DNA of 64,000 nt from a virus. Both the position numbers and the translations under genes were made by a program. A model generated the notes under the pieces. That model was not told the DNA's origin and did not search any database. It saw nothing but the letters and a program-made list of their open reading frames with translations. Within the stretch, counting starts at the first letter, position 1. Each line of letters opens with the position of its first letter. This document shows positions 53,307 through 61,940 of the stretch, piece by piece. Where the stretch lies: IMG/VR virus record IMGVR_UViG_3300020045_011333, positions 64,001 to 128,000 of that record, one strand, 5' to 3'.

Positions 53307-54896
53307 TCACTCGGCATAAAATTTACCACTCGGTGACATGGTTAGCATGACTCGCTTGCCGTTTAGGTATGTGCCGATACTGGTAGGGGACCAAGCCGAT
53401 AGGCCTTTGTTGTATCCCATATCGAGTTCACCTAGTACGCCTGCGACCCAAATCCCGTCATACACAGCGCAATGATGGGAGTGAGCAATGTTAGCCCTAG
53501 TACCCATTCTAGAGAAAGCTTTACTACTAGCCCTAGCACCATGCGCTCCTAAGTGACCATGCATCCCGCCTTCGATTTCAGTGTTATAAATTTTATAACC
53601 TTTATCTTCAGGAACAAAGACAACACTATCAGCAAGATCAATATTATAACGCTTGATGGACTCCCAAAATACATTATAATGTTTATTCTTTTCACTAATA
53701 GCTTTATATTTACCTAACTGTGTTTCAAGAAAGAAAATAGCATTGACAGGATCAGTTTTGTAATCGCCATATTTAAGCCACTTTAATAGAGCCGTATCAT
53801 GATTAGATTCAACCACAATGCTCTTGCACCAATCTCGTCTAGTTTGATAAAGAAAATTAGCTGCGTCCTTCATTGTATCGGATATAGATTCAGTGCCGTT
53901 CACAAACATTTCAAATCTGAAATGAGGATCATTTATGTTGTGGTGATTTCTATTTTTAAAATCAATTGTGTCATGGAAAAATTGTTCATAAGGGCGTAAG
54001 TGATCTAATAGACTATCATTAGTAATAGTTTTTTTAGTTTCAAGATCAAAGCCAAAAGACGCTAAGGCACTAATTTTATTAAGTTTTTCGTAATGAATAT
54101 CGCCGTGAGTCAGAGCGGCAATTCTATGACCGGTTGTTACACCAGAACTTGTTACGTGACGATCTAGATCGTAAAAATTGCCTGTATCATCTTCACCTAA
54201 AAGGTGGCGGCAAAAGAATTCACCATTGGCACAGATTTCCACTAGTACTGCACCATAGCTATGGTGAAATTCTGCGATTAGACCAGCGCGTTTCGGTACG
54301 TAGTTTGGCTTAGAAATAGTTCCAGTAGTCATGACAACTTTAGCTGGATCACCCTTCATCATAGGTACGCTTTCGATACGGACTTTTGCATGTGGAATAA
54401 TTCCCCACTTAGATTCAGTGTAGGTCTTGAGGCCTAGCAAAGGATCTGAAGCTGTGGGAAGGATGTTCATTTCTCCACAAAAAACTACATTGTTTCCTAA
54501 GATAACTCTATCATTTGTGAGATAAGGCCCAACTTCTAATGGAAATGTAACTTTATGCTTACTGTGATCTTCAAATAAGGATTTGTTATAGGTATAGCCA
54601 GATACCATAAGTTCAGCTTCTAGGTAATCGGCATAGACTTTTAAAGTTTCAAAAAATGGATGAATTTTAGTTGAGTCTTGACAACTAGTTAAGATGTAAC
54701 GTTTGACAACTCCCTTTTTCTTAGGAGCTTTAATAATAACTGGCTTGACTACTTTACGCTCTGTTAGTACAATCGATTTTGCTCTTTTGGCCCAATCAGA
54801 AAAAGTAGACTTAGGAATGTTAAGAGCTTTAGCAGCTTTCCTAGCGGAACCATATTTTTTAATAGATTCTAAAATTTGCTTATCAGTTAATTGCAT
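53307..54896 (-). CDS. HTH + metallophosphoesterase-fold nuclease, T5 A1-like
   Basis: N-terminal HTH; GDIH, HDTIDF..NHH, VESNHD, HGHLG, AHSH; ELDMGYNKG.SAWS. Confidence 0.7.
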   Translation of the reverse strand: MQLTDKQILESIKKYGSARKAAKALNIPKSTFSDWAKRAKSIVLTERKVVKPVIIKAPKKKGVVKRYILTSCQDSTKIHPFFETLKVYADYLEAELMVSGYTYNKSLFEDHSKHKVTFPLEVGPYLTNDRVILGNNVVFCGEMNILPTASDPLLGLKTYTESKWGIIPHAKVRIESVPMMKGDPAKVVMTTGTISKPNYVPKRAGLIAEFHHSYGAVLVEICANGEFFCRHLLGEDDTGNFYDLDRHVTSSGVTTGHRIAALTHGDIHYEKLNKISALASFGFDLETKKTITNDSLLDHLRPYEQFFHDTIDFKNRNHHNINDPHFRFEMFVNGTESISDTMKDAANFLYQTRRDWCKSIVVESNHDTALLKWLKYGDYKTDPVNAIFFLETQLGKYKAISEKNKHYNVFWESIKRYNIDLADSVVFVPEDKGYKIYNTEIEGGMHGHLGAHGARASSKAFSRMGTRANIAHSHHCAVYDGIWVAGVLGELDMGYNKGLSAWSPTSIGTYLNGKRVMLTMSPSGKFYAE

Positions 54897-54929
54897 ATTT
54901 GTAATTTTTCTTCTGTTATTGAGTTAGGT

Positions 54930-54958
54930 ACTCTATCACATAATTTTTAAAAAGTCAA
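54930..54958 (-). promoter_or_regulatory. sigma70-type promoter
   Basis: Minus strand TTGACT-17 nt-TAGAGT with TG. Confidence 0.65.
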
Positions 54959-55671
54959 GCAAAAATATCGCCGGTATTTATCTGCTTCATCATCTCTGCA
55001 CCATCTGAAGTCACAATAACTCCTCTTGTCGTAACAGGATCAGGAACCTTAAAAAAGAATGTTCCTAACATGTTCTCTGCGCCAAAGGTTTTCCAAACAT
55101 CAACACCAGCTTCTGAAAGCTTAGTTTTTATCTGTTGAACGGAGACGCCTTGCAGTTCTTTCTGACTCCACATAGATTGTGCCACTTGCTGATAAGCATT
55201 CGAGGCAGCATCAATAAACCTAAATCTTAAACTATCTATAGCCGCTTTAACATCCCCACCATATACCCTAGCATCAAATCCAGTGTAACTAGTGCCTGAA
55301 GTGTACTTAAAAGTCTCCGCAAATGTTAAGCTACAATAACTTGACATTAAGGTAGCTAATTTAACAACTCGACCAGAATGTGGATGTTCTATTAATCCTT
55401 TATTGTTACGATCCATACGAGGGGACCAAATTAGAGTAATTTCATCTGATTGCTGATAAGCTACTGTAGGCCTAAATTTTACCATTAAGCCGATAGTAGT
55501 TTCTACCATTGCTTCTTTCAAATGGGTATCAAAAGGCTTGATGCAGCCTTTTGTAAATTTAGAAAAGCCGTGACCATCTAATCTAGCTATAACGTATTTA
55601 TCAGATGGAATATATGTTTCAACTGAATCTTCCAATTCTTTCAGGTAATCAAACTCTTCCAAATTTTTCAT
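54955..55671 (-). CDS. tRNA(His) guanylyltransferase Thg1-like protein (3'-5' polymerase)
   Basis: IARLDGHGFSKFT...PFD, AYQQSDEITL, FDARV, RF.DA..NA. Confidence 0.88.
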   Translation of the reverse strand: MKNLEEFDYLKELEDSVETYIPSDKYVIARLDGHGFSKFTKGCIKPFDTHLKEAMVETTIGLMVKFRPTVAYQQSDEITLIWSPRMDRNNKGLIEHPHSGRVVKLATLMSSYCSLTFAETFKYTSGTSYTGFDARVYGGDVKAAIDSLRFRFIDAASNAYQQVAQSMWSQKELQGVSVQQIKTKLSEAGVDVWKTFGAENMLGTFFFKVPDPVTTRGVIVTSDGAEMMKQINTGDIFA

Positions 55672-56938
55672 TTATTTCTCCAATTACCTTTTCAATACCA
55701 TCATCGAAGTGCTGTAAGATAATATCTTGTAACACAGCGCCGGGTATAGGCTGATATTCTGATAAAAATCCTTTAGCATTTTCTTTTTCAAAGAAGAATT
55801 TCACCATACGGATAATTTCAGAAGTTTCAAGAGGCATAATTTCAATCACATCATCAAAACGTCCTTTACGAAACAGTGCAGGATCAAGTTTGGTGAGATG
55901 GTTAGTGGTTGCAACAAGAATGAAGTTCTCAGGGCTATTGATACCATCTATGGCATTTAGAAGCTCAGCCAGAGAGCTAATGCTGAATTTAGGTGTCTCA
56001 GCAGGTTTGTGTGGCTCATCATCCTCTAAGGGGTCTTCACGCTTTGCTGTGATAGTATCTATATCAATATCTTCCATGATACCTAGATAAGCAGTACTAT
56101 TGTCAGAAGTTGCATAATTATCTGGATAATCGTTTATATCATTCAAAGCCATAGTTAATCCAGCTAAACGAGATGGACTAACCATTACAACGTCTCTATC
56201 AGTAAATCCTGCAATATATTTTGCTAGAGTAGTTTTACCTGTTCCGGGAACACCATGCAATAGAATTGCGTACTTATAAGGAATACCTCTAGATTCGTAC
56301 CATTGACGATTTTCAAGAAAAAACTTAATACGCTTTTCTATATGACTAAGAATTTCAGGATCGATGAAAACACTTTCACGGTCACGCTTAGGAATATCTT
56401 TTAAATGCTTCATCCATTCTTTACTGAGATTATAGACTTTAGTTTTATTTCTATTTTTATTCTTCTTTTCGGTAAAAAATTCATCAAAAAGCTTAATCAC
56501 TTTGGCTTTCTTTTTGAAAAACATCGTAAGTGTTAAATTTTGTTTAAATTCTCTTGAATCACTTTTTTCTTTTTCACGACTGATCTTAACCAAATGACCA
56601 CGAAAATACGACCAAGACGAGCCTAGACCCACAGACATAGCTTCTTTATCAAGAACATTTCTACGGCTTAAGAAGTTGATCGTATTTCGATTCAGTTCTG
56701 TTACGATATCAACGAAATTTTCATTGTCACTGAATACTTCAACAGAAATCGTGGAACGATTGTAAAGGGCGTTCCAGATTTTACCGGGTATATTCTTAAG
56801 AGCGTATAGCGCACCAGATAGAGCTACTGTACCCATACCAGCGATAAGCATTTGATTGTTAACCTGACTCTGAAGCCAAGTATGGAATTGTGAGTTAGCT
56901 AAATCGGTTACTGTAGCTATGTCCATTTTTTTACTCAC
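55649..56938 (-). CDS. BCS1-like AAA+ ATPase with N-terminal membrane anchor
   Basis: WYESRGIPYK..ILLHGVPGTGKT, MEDID, LLNAIDG, TTNH..KLDPAL.RKGRFD. Confidence 0.82.
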   Translation of the reverse strand: MSKKMDIATVTDLANSQFHTWLQSQVNNQMLIAGMGTVALSGALYALKNIPGKIWNALYNRSTISVEVFSDNENFVDIVTELNRNTINFLSRRNVLDKEAMSVGLGSSWSYFRGHLVKISREKEKSDSREFKQNLTLTMFFKKKAKVIKLFDEFFTEKKNKNRNKTKVYNLSKEWMKHLKDIPKRDRESVFIDPEILSHIEKRIKFFLENRQWYESRGIPYKYAILLHGVPGTGKTTLAKYIAGFTDRDVVMVSPSRLAGLTMALNDINDYPDNYATSDNSTAYLGIMEDIDIDTITAKREDPLEDDEPHKPAETPKFSISSLAELLNAIDGINSPENFILVATTNHLTKLDPALFRKGRFDDVIEIMPLETSEIIRMVKFFFEKENAKGFLSEYQPIPGAVLQDIILQHFDDGIEKVIGEINEKFGRV

Positions 56939-57465
56939 TCTTCAGTTGCAATTAACTTCCTAAATTCTTTAAGAAATTCTTCTCTGGCATGTCTAGGTTC
57001 CCAAGGATGGAAACGATCATCTACTTGCTTAATAATGGAAACATCAATAATATTTTGCCAATGTTTAATGAACATTGTACCTTCAAAATCGAGAAGGAGT
57101 TTATCAGCTATTTTTAATTGTTCATGAGCTTCTTTAGAAGGAAGTGCGCCTAAAAATTTATTGTAGATTTTGTTTTGCATCCGAGTTTCCATTTTCTGGA
57201 AATCAGGAAGTTCAGCCTTAAAAGGTGTTGGCATATCAGAACCATAGGCTTCACTCGCATCATGAATAAGACCTAACATTTTGTGTTTCTTCATAAAACG
57301 GCTCACATAAACGCTATGCTGAGCCACGGAATAAAATGAACTAGTGTGACCAGCCCAACGACAATTATTAGACAAGGCGTGAGCAATATCAACAATGTCG
57401 AAATCATCTTCACTATATGATTTTACATAAAAATCAATACCTGTAAACGTCGTAATATAACTCAA
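56935..57465 (-). CDS. HD-domain phosphohydrolase (YfbR/YfdR-like)
   Basis: IAHALS..CRWAGH...YSVAQHS...LIHDASEAY..DMPTPFK. Confidence 0.88.
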   Translation of the reverse strand: MSYITTFTGIDFYVKSYSEDDFDIVDIAHALSNNCRWAGHTSSFYSVAQHSVYVSRFMKKHKMLGLIHDASEAYGSDMPTPFKAELPDFQKMETRMQNKIYNKFLGALPSKEAHEQLKIADKLLLDFEGTMFIKHWQNIIDVSIIKQVDDRFHPWEPRHAREEFLKEFRKLIATEE

Positions 57466-57483
57466 TGTATTAAACTTTCATTA

Positions 57484-57825
57484 TTACATAAAACTGTGAA
57501 AAATATAACCTACAAGTAGAGCAAAAGTGGGTAAGGCATACATAAACATTATACGCTTTTCCAATGTATCTGCTTTAGATTGTAAAGATTCAGTCTCAGA
57601 ATTATCTGTTTTATATACAGCCGTAAGTAAATTCTTTAAAACTATAATGCCCATGCCATGGGCCATACCAATAGGAAGAACTCCTAGTGGAACTAGGAAC
57701 CAAAACCATAAATAACTTAGCACAAAGGCATTATAAAACATAATAATTGGGAATGAAATTAAAGCTAGGATAGCCAAAATGCCAATTTTAGTTTTTAATT
57801 TCTTTTCAACTTCTGTTTCAATCAT
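57484..57825 (-). CDS. membrane protein
   Basis: Three hydrophobic segments. Confidence 0.65.
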   Translation of the reverse strand: MIETEVEKKLKTKIGILAILALISFPIIMFYNAFVLSYLWFWFLVPLGVLPIGMAHGMGIIVLKNLLTAVYKTDNSETESLQSKADTLEKRIMFMYALPTFALLVGYIFHSFM

Positions 57826-57827
57826 TA

Positions 57828-58208
57828 TTATCTAACCTTTTTAGATTTATTAATTATTTTTGTTCTAGCTTTAATTGGTTTTCTACAGAAAGATTCTCTA
57901 TATCTTGATAAATACTTATTTACATCAAGGCCAAGCTCGTATTGTTGATACATGATTTCTGGATGATCATTTAGATATTCTCTATAATCCTTATAACTTT
58001 TATCGTAGGCATCAAATAACATAAAATCTATTGGGCCATTACATGCCGTATATTTAAATCTATTATCTTTTTTGATTAGCCATTTGAATGTCTCGGAATA
58101 CTTGTCAATTAAAAATTCTAGGTGTTCATCTGAAATATCTATGAATATATGGCTAGGAGGAGTTTTTCTTGAAGAAAATTTTTTATAAAACCTTTTAATT
58201 GATTTCAT
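57828..58208 (-). CDS. hypothetical protein
   Basis: 126-aa ORF overlapping the tdk stop. Confidence 0.55.
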   Translation of the reverse strand: MKSIKRFYKKFSSRKTPPSHIFIDISDEHLEFLIDKYSETFKWLIKKDNRFKYTACNGPIDFMLFDAYDKSYKDYREYLNDHPEIMYQQYELGLDVNKYLSRYRESFCRKPIKARTKIINKSKKVR

Positions 58209-58765
58209 AATTTAAATGCTTCTTTCCAATGTTTACGGCAAACTGATTCATATTCACTATCCCCTATTTCAACTACGTCAGTAGTAATAATAGGTCTACC
58301 GTTTCGCCGCCTTAAGATTTGTGTTGCTTTACTCCCACAATGGCAAACAGTTTTTAGTTCTTTTATTTGATCAGCAAGAGCTAATAGTGTTTCTATTGCG
58401 GGACTAAATAGTTGTCCATTAGAATTATTTTTCAACCCATAACAAAGCACGGGGATATTATAGCTATCAACAATTGAAGCCAATTCAATGATGTGATCTG
58501 GTGTGAAAAATTGAATTTCATCCACAAAGATAACTGAAGGTTTTTCTGAGGTGACATATAGACTGAAACCTTGATCAGTTAGTGCAATAGCTTGTTTCGA
58601 AATCCCCACTCTTGAATTAATGTACCCTATTCCTCCACGAGAGTCAAGCCCCGAAGTAAAATAAAATACTTTCCAACCCTTGCTTTCATAGTTATGAGCG
58701 GCTTGAAGCAGAGCCGTACTTTTACCTGCATTCATCACGCTGTAGAAAAAATGAAGCTTAGCCAT
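58205..58765 (-). CDS. tdk: thymidine kinase
   Basis: YSVMNAGKST, FVDEIQF, VLCYGL, CHCG.KA, Y.SVCRKHW. Confidence 0.93.
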   Translation of the reverse strand: MAKLHFFYSVMNAGKSTALLQAAHNYESKGWKVFYFTSGLDSRGGIGYINSRVGISKQAIALTDQGFSLYVTSEKPSVIFVDEIQFFTPDHIIELASIVDSYNIPVLCYGLKNNSNGQLFSPAIETLLALADQIKELKTVCHCGSKATQILRRRNGRPIITTDVVEIGDSEYESVCRKHWKEAFKL

Positions 58766-59093
58766 TATATTCCTTCTATTTCAACCACTATGAAAGGGTA
58801 TTTATAAAATCTATAGCTACCGCCCATAAGGATATGTTTTTTATACATAGGCCAACAGCTTTGAAAGAAATGTATTTTTAATTTATAAGTCGGTCTATTA
58901 ATTTTTAAAATCATTTATATAATCTTTTAAATCAATTTTTCGTCGTCAATAAAAATATACCTAGTGTGTTCTAAGTTAAATTTGGTTGCTTCATTCTCGA
59001 AGAATTTCTGATAATTCTCTAGTCTTACTATTAGGAATTTTAATATTCTTTAATAAACTTTTTAACAGACTGGCTTGTTTTCTCATTTCGTCC

Positions 59094-60116
59094 TCATCCA
59101 TAGTTATCTCTCATGAAAATTGCACTATGTTCATCAATAATTTGATTTAAATGCATTTCATATATAACTTCATCCATCCAAGCCTCATCGACTTTTTCAG
59201 GTAAATCAGATACTAACATCAATTGTTCTAATTTGTCAAGGTTATTTTCTAACATATTAGCAATTTCACGATACGGATGCTCGCCTCGTTTAATGGTTAA
59301 TAGTTCTTGAGCATTATACCTAGGGAAAATAATATCGCCCGTTTGTAATAATTCCATGGCTTGCTCTGATACTCTAATGGCATGATAGAGGGCTTTCCAA
59401 TCCACACCTTCGTTTTTCTCAGCCGCAAGCGCTCTAGAGCCAAATTCATCAAAGGCTCGTTTATAGATGGCGTAAGCTTCTTTTAAAGCAATGTTGTAAC
59501 CTACTTTACGATTAACTACTTCCAAATATTTCACTAATTCAGCGGAACCTTTAGCTACGGGTAGTTCAATAATTTCAGCATGTTCATTGATTAAGCAAAA
59601 ACATTCAAAGTAATGTTCAAAGTCAGGAACATCTTTGATTTTGGCTGTTGCTCCGTAAGCGCTGATCCATGAACCGAAAAGCTCTGTGGCGTTACGAGCC
59701 GCTGCTACTCGTGATCCTCGAATCCCATATTTGTTGGATTGTTGCCGACAGTAACCTACGAAGCCTTTGATATCACGAGCAATTAATTTATTTTTGTTAG
59801 GAAGAATTGTATCTTTCCATTCATTAGACATAAATTCTGCTTGTTCTTCTCTGACATGCAATAGTTCTTGCGCCACCATATCTCCACGGCGGAGCATATC
59901 AAAAAATTTAAGAATAGAGAAACTTTCATCATCCACATCATCTACAGTATTTTTAACTTTATCACTGCCAGTTGATTTGGAGATTACTTTTTGAGTGTTT
60001 TGCATAATAAGGCTTTTGGCGTCAGGTACGTGCACACCTTTATAATCAGTATCACTAGTTGGTGTTGTTGTTCCGTAAAGCGCAGACCCAAACTTCAGAC
60101 GAATTAATGAGTGCAT
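59094..60116 (-). CDS. Pol-beta-superfamily nucleotidyltransferase (PF10127/RlaP-like)
   Basis: FGSALYGTTTPTSDTDYKG (GS...DxD), WKALYHAIR, ELLTIKRG. Confidence 0.8.
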   Translation of the reverse strand: MHSLIRLKFGSALYGTTTPTSDTDYKGVHVPDAKSLIMQNTQKVISKSTGSDKVKNTVDDVDDESFSILKFFDMLRRGDMVAQELLHVREEQAEFMSNEWKDTILPNKNKLIARDIKGFVGYCRQQSNKYGIRGSRVAAARNATELFGSWISAYGATAKIKDVPDFEHYFECFCLINEHAEIIELPVAKGSAELVKYLEVVNRKVGYNIALKEAYAIYKRAFDEFGSRALAAEKNEGVDWKALYHAIRVSEQAMELLQTGDIIFPRYNAQELLTIKRGEHPYREIANMLENNLDKLEQLMLVSDLPEKVDEAWMDEVIYEMHLNQIIDEHSAIFMRDNYG

Positions 60117-60118
60117 AA

Positions 60119-60307
60119 TTATTCCCTAATAATATCCATTCGATTAAATGAATCTGTTTCAACCCAACTTGTCACCTTTTTACCATCCAATTCATGAGTG
60201 ATAGTAATATATAATGAATCTTTTGTGGGCGTTGAAAAATCTATTACATTAACATATGTATAATGATCATAGTCTTTAATTAAAGTGATTTTCATGTTTT
60301 GTTCCAT
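60119..60307 (-). CDS. hypothetical protein
   Basis: 62-aa ORF. Confidence 0.5.
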   Translation of the reverse strand: MEQNMKITLIKDYDHYTYVNVIDFSTPTKDSLYITITHELDGKKVTSWVETDSFNRMDIIRE

Positions 60308-60319
60308 TTACAGAATAAA

Positions 60320-60343
60320 ATAAGGGCGAAACATCGCCCTTAT
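60320..60343 (-). terminator. intrinsic terminator
   Basis: ATAAGGGCGA-tgtt-TCGCCCTTAT then TTT on the minus strand. Confidence 0.8.
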
Positions 60344-60363
60344 AAAGTTGATTAAAGAGGATA

Positions 60364-61290
60364 TTACTGAAGGCCCTTAGCGCTTCGAACTAGCTTCTTG
60401 ACATCAGGAATAGTTAGGCCAACTTCACCAAAATCTTCTGGATGCTGTTCGGCCCAAGCATTAGAAAGAACAATTGCAGCAGTCACAGCGACAGTTGGGA
60501 CTGACTTATATCCATAAACAGCACCAGATGGCATAAGCTTTCCATAAGCATTACTAGGAATTTCTACATCGTCGTTCCAGACTGAAAGAGAATTACCCTT
60601 ATTATCCTTATAAACTACGTCATTGAAATCTTTATCTTCTACTTGCACAACAACTAGGTTGTCGGCAAACTTCTCTGCATTCTTCATAAACTGATTGCCG
60701 GGAGAACCAGTATAAGCCATGCAAGCCCCTTGACCGCCATTAAGCTTAACTAGAGCAGATGCGCCGCCCTCATTATCAAGTGGAACTTCCTTGTAGTCAC
60801 CGCCGCCATTATCGATATCTGCACGAATAAGACCGCGAAGAGTAACATCAGAACCACTGCCACGGCCTCCGGTGTAAACCTTAGTTGATTTAGTTAGACC
60901 TGAAAATTCCTTTACACCGCTATTACGATTGCATAGAAGAACAAACATTTCACTATAGAGATTTGGTTCTAGGGTTTGAATATTTAGACCACTAGCATTC
61001 TCTTTTGAGAATAGATATAGAGCATCACTCTGAGCCAGAGCGCCATCGCACTCACCGGAAGAGACCTTCTGAAGGTTTTCCCAAGAACCCGCAGTGGGAA
61101 CAACTTCTACATTAACCTGTCCCTTAAGCTGCTTCTGAAGCTGGAGGGCAGTAAATTCGTAATTACCTCCCTTCACTCCGGCGCAAAACTTTAGCGTAGG
61201 AACATTAGACTGAGCCATTGCAGGAACCACAGCCCCACCAAAACCAGCAAGTGCTACAACCGTAGCCATTACAAAATTCATCTTCTTCAT
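60364..61290 (-). CDS. exported TAXI-family (TRAP) solute-binding-like protein
   Basis: Signal peptide; GGNY, T.GS.ENL..V..GECD.ALAQSD, LY.E..VLL, G..GSG; AGGAG RBS. Confidence 0.75.
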   Translation of the reverse strand: MKKMNFVMATVVALAGFGGAVVPAMAQSNVPTLKFCAGVKGGNYEFTALQLQKQLKGQVNVEVVPTAGSWENLQKVSSGECDGALAQSDALYLFSKENASGLNIQTLEPNLYSEMFVLLCNRNSGVKEFSGLTKSTKVYTGGRGSGSDVTLRGLIRADIDNGGGDYKEVPLDNEGGASALVKLNGGQGACMAYTGSPGNQFMKNAEKFADNLVVVQVEDKDFNDVVYKDNKGNSLSVWNDDVEIPSNAYGKLMPSGAVYGYKSVPTVAVTAAIVLSNAWAEQHPEDFGEVGLTIPDVKKLVRSAKGLQ

Positions 61291-61365
61291 ATTATTTCTC
61301 CTTTAAAGACTCTCCAAAATTGGAGAGTTGATTATTTAATTTGGAACATCACCAACATAGTCAGT

Positions 61366-61692
61366 TTATGAAACCATGTCAACATCTTTTTTGAACAAAG
61401 GAATCATTTCTTGCCTAGAAAGAAACTTGTAATCTCTAACAATATATTTTTCAATAATTACAATAGCCTGTTTACCCAAAACTTCTACAACCAAATCAAA
61501 TTCAGATTTTACAGCATTACTACTTCTGTCATAGCTTTTAACGTCATGAGATAGTAATGTTTTCCCAATTTTTAGTGGAGTAGCATCATATACATATAGA
61601 TAAAGAACTGTTTTAGCTAGGTCGCGAGGAACACCTAATTCAAAAGCTAATTCCCTATAAAGATTTCCGCTATCTTCAACTTTTAATGCCAT
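61366..61692 (-). CDS. hypothetical protein (weak resemblance to a Pol A O-helix segment)
   Basis: LYRELAFELGVPRDLAKTVLYLYVY. Confidence 0.5.
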   Translation of the reverse strand: MALKVEDSGNLYRELAFELGVPRDLAKTVLYLYVYDATPLKIGKTLLSHDVKSYDRSSNAVKSEFDLVVEVLGKQAIVIIEKYIVRDYKFLSRQEMIPLFKKDVDMVS

Positions 61693-61693
61693 A

Positions 61694-61906
61694 TCAGTTA
61701 TACTCCATTAATTCATGTTGATCCAATAAATCTTGAAATTCTTCTATAATTTCCATAGCTCTACGAACTTTAGCTGCATCACTTGGGACCAAGTAATCTT
61801 CAGGCTCAATGTAGCCGCCAAACAGATCGTAGAAAAAATCTTGTGTAGATCCTATAATTGCATCTTCTTTAATTTTCATTTTTATTAATCTCACTGGTTC
61901 ATCCAT
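61694..61906 (-). CDS. hypothetical acidic protein
   Basis: 70-aa ORF. Confidence 0.6.
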   Translation of the reverse strand: MDEPVRLIKMKIKEDAIIGSTQDFFYDLFGGYIEPEDYLVPSDAAKVRRAMEIIEEFQDLLDQHELMEYN

Positions 61907-61940
61907 CTTTAACTACCTTTATAACTATTGTATTTTCTAA

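Noticed and set aside
41590-57465. 2-aminoadenine (Z) genome pathway from the MazG-like plus HD hydrolase
   Set aside because: No PurZ in the window, and both families are common in ordinary phages; cannot be excluded for the rest of the genome
58766-58915. 41-codon ORF in frame with tdk through two TAG codons
   Set aside because: tdk has its own strong RBS and a complete N-terminus; an in-frame arrangement is expected by chance
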